Below are positions 58,064 to 64,000 of a stretch of 64,000 bases of DNA, one piece after another. Both the position numbers and the translations under genes were made by a program. Every line of letters begins with the position of its first letter. Within the stretch, counting starts at the first letter, position 1. The stretch is from Macrostomum lignano (lineage: Eukaryota), in assembly GCA_002269645.1 (NCBI GenBank), contig NIVC01001389.1:234318-298317 (forward strand), written 5' to 3'. The notes beneath the pieces were generated by a model. It was not told the DNA's origin. It searched no databases and was given only the letters and a program-made list of their open reading frames with translations.

Positions 58064-61000
58064 GTGAGTTTACATTGCCTTGAGTCCCCGCTTCGAACTC
58101 TGAGAGCGAGACGGGAAGGTAGCAAAAAGAAAGACAGACCGATAGTTGAGAAACTTGAAGACCTGGGAAGAAGAAGTTTGGGAGGAGGCAGCACTGGAGC
58201 TGGCGAGCACAAGAGGCAAAACAACCGGAGGGCCAGCGCCTCGGGCGTGATTGATGAAGTTGTGCTGCCGGCCGGGTGGGTAGAAGCGACAGCGTTTTGA
58301 AGGGGGTGCCGCCGTGTCTCCCTTCTCCCCCCGGCCGGTTTCTGTGATAATCCCCCACTTCCCTGCCTCAGAAGCTGCTGCCGTGTTGTGCGTTCGATCC
58401 GCCTCCTCAGCACAGTCGGCAAGTTGCTCGAATGAGAGGGGGGCAGCACCGGGCAGGTGAGAGGGGAGAAAATCGCAGCAGACTCCCGGCTGACGCGATG
58501 AGGTGCGCGGCATGGCAGGCGGAGTTGAGAAGGGGGAAAATTTAATTATTCCAACTGTCAGCGCCCTCCTGTCCCCTCGGATCCCTGCCGCTCTCTCGCC
58601 GTCCCCCCTCTGCTGGGCTGTCGCACCTGGTTGTGAATTTTTTGGAAAATTTAAAATCTTCCCATATCTTCGGCCCTCCCCCTACCTGCTCCTTTTTTCT
58701 TCCCCTTGGCTTTCTTATTCTCCCTTAGTTCTCACCCATCAGGGTCGGCCCTGTTCTGCTTCTTCACACATGGCTTCGTGTCTTCCCCATCGTTTCTGGG
58801 AGCTCGGGATCTGCAGGGGGAGGCTTCCCCGCCCTCCACAGCTCCCGTAGGACACCCCCCCCCCGAAGTGGTCGGCCAGCTCGAGTCCTATTTAGTCAGA
58901 ATGCTTCGAGCGATGCTTATCAGGCTGAGCAGGGGGGGACGTGCTGTTGGGGCGACACCGGCAGCGGGTCTGCAAATATGCGCTGAATGAATGGCTGGCC
59001 CGGACACGGATCTGCTTGGGAGGCCACCGGCAAGTTGAGAATTCCATTTTCAAGGATTTCTGCTACAAATTTAAGACTTGCGGCTTGAACTTTTTGTTAT
59101 GAAGAAAGTTATTAAAAAAATCTAAAAAACAGAAGCCGACCTACTCATAACTGAGCGAGAGAGGGGCTCAAGTGGAAGAGGGGAGGAGCGAGAAATGAGA
59201 AATGAAATCTGAATTTTAGCCTTCAGGGACATTGGGGGCTTCTCTGTTTGGCGTGGCTTGGTGTTTTAAAATTTATCCCCAGGAAGGCCTGAGTTGGGGG
59301 GCAGAGGGGGGGGGGTTTAGCGAGGGAGTTATGAAAATTCATTTCAAGGCTGTCCAACTTCTGACTGAGCACAGACCAAATTTTGAGCTGGGAAAATGAG
59401 TGGAACAACCCGGACTGCGTGCGAGCTCAAATAAATCACCTCATTCTCCTCCAGCTGCGGGGAGCCCAGCTATTTTCCTTAGTTTTTTTACACCTACTCA
59501 GCCCAGTGTTATTAATATTCCCCACCTCTTCCCTCGCTGCCTCGTTCAGTTTTTTTCTTAATATAAAATTCGCCATTTTGGCAATATTAGAGTCGAAAAC
59601 TGTGGTGAGCACCCCGGCTGAGCCAGTGGCGCAGGGCCAGCGCAGGCTGAGCAGGGGAGGCGACCAAGGGGGGGGACTTAAAAAATGGCTGAAATCTCAC
59701 AGGAAGCGGAGAGAAGGAAAGTGCAGCACAGGCTGGTGGCTGAGTGGTTTGGCTTTCGTCAGATAATTCAATTTGTTAAAATGCAGTCCAAGCCTTTCAT
59801 AAATCTTGACCACGGGGCCGTGGAGGGCAGCTCTGGAGGCTCGGGCCGAAGCAGCATGCGCGCCCCTCTCGGGAAGGAAGTGGAGAGCTGGGGAGGCCAC
59901 CGAGCTGCCTGGGAGAAAAGGCGGAATTTTGAATTTAATGAACTCCCCCGGTGCACCTCGGGCTTCGGGGTGCGAGGCCTGTGATTAGGGAGCTGCGCAA
60001 CTTCTGTACGTACGAGCACCTCGGGTCTGCGCCAGTTTCTTCCCCTGGATATTGTGCGATGCAGGGAGTTAGAAATAGGGGATTCATTCTTCCCTTTCCT
60101 CCGGGATCCGAGTGGGAATCCAAGTTTAGCAGGAAGCGTCTCGACCCGACCCTCGCAGGAGTTTATTCACAAGTCGAGTAAAGCGCCCGAGAATTTAACA
60201 ATTGCTGGGAAGTTTTGGAAGAGAGGCACTGCTCCGGTTTGGGGAGGGACGGAATCCCCTCAGAGAGGATAATTGCAGGCTCGACTTGCAGGGGATGGGG
60301 AATTAAACTCGAAACAGGCAAACTGCCAAGCAACTTGGGCTGCGGGTCCGAGGGGTGGCGCTCGCTCGGATACAGATTCACTTCAACTCGGCGTGAAAGC
60401 GGGAGAATTAGCTTCATCCTAATGCTTATCATGAGCAGGCCGAGCAGCCCTCAGCCCTGCATGATCCGCTCTTCTCCCCGAGTTTGTGCCTTGAAGCGTG
60501 TCCCTTTGACAAAAAAATATTTTGCCAGTTTTTTTCACTCGAATGAAGGCGTGAGGCCTCCTTTTGCAACCATTTATGCGGCTAAGGCCCGGGGATTATA
60601 ATTAAGGCACGCAGCCTCCCCCCCCCCGTGTGCCGAGGCATGCGGCGAGCTCGGCTTTCAAACAATTCAAGTGAATAAATTGTCACCGAGACTAACAATG
60701 ACGCGTGTTTTTGTTTTAATCCCCTCATTAATTTAGGCCGGGAAGGGAGAGGGGATGAGGGGATGAGTGAGTCGAAATAAGAGGCAAAATAAGCTGAATA
60801 AGTTTTTCGTGAGTTTCGTCTCAACTCTCGTGAGGCGGGCCGAAAGACTCAATAAAGTAAAGGATAGGCTGAGCAGGGACTGGTTTAATTGGGTAAGCCG
60901 ACACGGCAGCTTGCGGCTTGCGGGGCTTCGACGGAAATGTCGCTCACCTCCCCCCTCTCGGTGAAAGTTGCTCAATGTTGTTGCTTTTAGCCAGCTGATG

Positions 61001-64000
61001 CTTCTGCTTGTTCTTGTCTCAGATTTTAATAAAGCCGCAGAAGCAGCCTCTGAATGCAGGGGACTTCGCTGGTCAGGCAAAAGGCGCCACCACAGGGGAG
61101 ACAAAGCCGGCAGGAAATTAAAGGAATGCGAGTTGAACCCCAATTTGGCAAAAACATGAATTCCATAAACTGTCGAGCTGGTTGAGAATTAGTTTAGAAA
61201 CGCCAGAGCGGTGTTATATTGCAGCTAAAAAACATATTATTTTTTTTAGTTGGCGGCCGGGCCGCACGCATGCATGATTGAACACCAAATCGAAATCTGG
61301 CACCCTCGGCAAATACAAAGTTATAATTTATTTCAACGGCACTTGCAATTCGCAATCAGAAGAGAGAGACCGCGCAGCTCTTTAGGGAGGAAAAGTGGCA
61401 TAAAAAAGGCAAATTTTTGCTTCTTTTTTCGGCGTGTAAACTGATCTTGCGGTTGGAGAACTGACTTTCAATTTAATAGACGAACTTCGCTTGAGCAGCG
61501 GGCCGAAGTTGCGACAGGCCATTTGCATATTTTGGGAGTTGAAGTTTCCGGCCTTACAGATTCCAACTGCAATAATTCGCCTTACCTTATTTAGGTTTCA
61601 CTCAGAAATTCGATAAGCATCGTTTGAATTCGAATACGCACCCGCCAGCTCTCAAACGAGAGAGCGAAGAGGGAGACTGCAGGACAGCGGGCGAGCAACC
61701 CCCAAGCTGGGATGGGGAAATACTGCCGGCCTTCCAATTGCCCGCTTATCTACCGCCCTCCTGTCTGTTAAGCGCCAAAGCAGACAGACAACTTCTTTTC
61801 CCCCTGAAGCGTGCACCGGGCGCTCAGCCGAATGGATTCGTTTTTTAAAAGGCGCAACCCAAGTTTACAATTAGCCCGCGATCCCGAAACCAGACTGGCC
61901 GAGGAGCCCGCGACACGCCCGAGGTTATCAGCTGGGGGTCCCGCCCTAAGCCTGGGGGGAACAACTGGAGGCTGGGAGAGTTTTTGAAATCGAAAACGCC
62001 CTCGCCCAGCATGCCACACTGCTGAGGGCCTGTCATGTTGTGTGTTTTGCGCCTGCCTGTGGAAAGTCCTCCGGGGCCCCAACCCCATTGGTCTGGCCTG
62101 CCTGCCTGCCTTCCTGCTCGCGAAATTCAAACAACACAACAAACTGCAAGTTTAAAACTTCAATTCTGTTTCACTGGCTGCCCGGACCCCAGAGAACAGG
62201 CTGAAAGTGTATTTAAATTTAGGGGGGCTGGTGCTGCTTTAATGGAGGGGGTTGGCGGCCTGAATCAAAATCAGCTGGAGGGTCCTGAGCTGCGCGAAGA
62301 CGCCCCCCCCTTGGCCTTGTGTGACTCAGAGAGAAAGTTTCACGCGCTCAGCCCGGCCCCACCCCCACCCCACCCCCCTTCAAATCAAACCCCCCACGCT
62401 CTTGCAGGAATAAAGCTCTGATTTCACTCAAAGCGAGAAATTTAAACCTGCAAAACCGATTAGACAGGCGAAAGGGGGGATGCGCGTTGGTGGGGCCCGA
62501 AGCCGGGGCTATGAAAATTTAAATGAAGCCCCACGCGCCCTTCTTAATATACGGCTTGGGCCACTCACAGCACGCAGGGACTTCCACGACTGACACTTGA
62601 AACTCAATCTGACCCTGTTGTGCGCCTCTGCCCTCCTCCACTGGCCTCGAGATCCACAATTTTTTTTAAATTCTTTCTTCACCGCAGCACATTGGGGGGA
62701 CCTACATGTGAATTGAGTTTGAAGGCCCCTGAGCTGCCTGCCAGTGCAAGCCAAAAAGCCTTCAAAGTCCCACCAGCCAAAAAGTTTCTTTTTTTCGCCA
62801 GAGTTTTGGCCCAGAAAACTTATTATTTTTTTCCTGTTTGGCTGCGCAAGTCTGGCCGCTGCGTGTCTGCTTGAGCCGGGCATGTCTTAAGACTCTTAAA
62901 CAATTTCAACACAAATATTTGCTCTCCGGGACTGCAAACTGCGAAGAACCAAAATAGTAAGTTTAAACAACTCGGAATTTTTTCTATTTTTTACACTGTA
63001 TTCGCACGGGGTGGCCGGCTTATCAGTTTGCATTTTTTGGGGAAAATTAGAATTTATATTCATCACCTCTCTTTGTCGACTTGCTGGCAGGGTGGGCCTG
63101 GGGCATTTTTGATGCGCGCAATATTCAAAAATACGAAGCTCGCTCTCTTCTTTCGCGGTTTTCATTCTTGCAGCAGCAAGCGATGATGCCAGGCAAATTT
63201 CTCTTTGGCCTTCTCCCCCGGGTTTTAAACAGTTTGTCAATTCTGCAGCAGGAACTCAGTAATTGCGGCCTTTTAGTGATTTTTTGCTCTGCTGTTTATT
63301 ACGGTTTGCCGCTTCATAATTTGTAATTTGTCCCTTGCGGAACCTGCATGGCACTCCATGTTCTCAGCTGCCCTGAGCCATGATGGAGCTGTGAGAGGGG
63401 GCTGGTGTCCTGGCTTTGGTTTCACAACTGGTCTCAAAAAATCTGGACACCCCCACCGGCGCTAGCATTCCAGCACGCGGGTTGCAGGGACAAAACTCCA
63501 CGGCACCGTGTCGGGCCGGTTAATCCCATTAAAGGCATTTTGGGAGCGGTGCGGCCGGTCTAAATTAAATTAGAATGAAGTTTGCTGTGTTTCCGGCCGG
63601 TCCTCGAGCTGGCGGCTCCCGCGCGGTGCCACTCAGGCCGCAACGGCCGACCACCTCTTTTGAAACGGCGGGTGCCCCTTTTCTATAATCCCCTCCGCGC
63701 TCTTCCAATCCCCATTGTCTCCGCCATCCGTCAGACACTTTGGCTGGTGCAGGTCAGCCTAAAAAACCCACCTGGAGTTCGCCAATCTCAAATCCCAACC
63801 CTGCCCCCCGCCTCTCCTGAACAAGAGCGGCTGGTGATTAATGGAAAAATGGAAAATGGGCATCTGATTATTGCCCTGTAGGGTATTGATGAGCGCAGAT
63901 AACTTTTTTGCTTTTATAATAAAAAAGTTAATCTGACTGACTGAAGTGACTGGGTGGCTGCAGTTTTCTGTTACCTGCAGAAAAAGAGAATTAGACTGGG

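Noticed and set aside
63961-64000. Acceptor-like TTTTCTGTTACCTGCAG at the window end, a candidate next exon of the 57841 gene
   Set aside because: Joined in phase 1 it reaches TAG after three codons, and only 20 nt are visible, so it cannot be assigned.

Overview
Eukaryotic (invertebrate animal) genomic DNA with GT-AG spliced genes, GC-rich codons and about 35 unrelated micro/minisatellite arrays. The overall look resembles a free-living flatworm such as Macrostomum, which is an inference and not established. Left to right: (1) the 5' part of an intron-containing hAT DNA transposon whose transposase is open across the visible part (1-1719, minus); (2) a tandem cluster of three F-box/leucine-rich-repeat paralogs (2077-11720, plus), one largely intact and two damaged, with mosaic similarity and arrays built from their own splice junctions; (3) a full-length 4.55 kb Ingi/I-group LINE (11736-16285, minus) with a 12-13 bp target-site duplication, a CPEB3-like HDV ribozyme fold at its exact 5' end, an N-terminal hydrophobic 2A (DVEPNPGP) peptide, then PHD, APE, RT, RNase H and CCHC domains; (4) a secreted PAN/apple + C-type lectin gene (16945-17951); (5) a 15-exon gene not visible in the ORF track (24665-35487, about 491 aa, all 14 introns phase 1) made of about 13 [ND]P[ILV]xG repeats of roughly one per exon; (6) a roughly 20 kb gene-poor stretch of arrays alternating with motif-rich unique DNA, leading to a His/Gln/Ala-rich first exon typical of a developmental transcription factor (57841-58063). 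Most long ORFs in the supplied track are artefacts of tandem repeats. No rRNA, intact tRNA or CRISPR array is supported.
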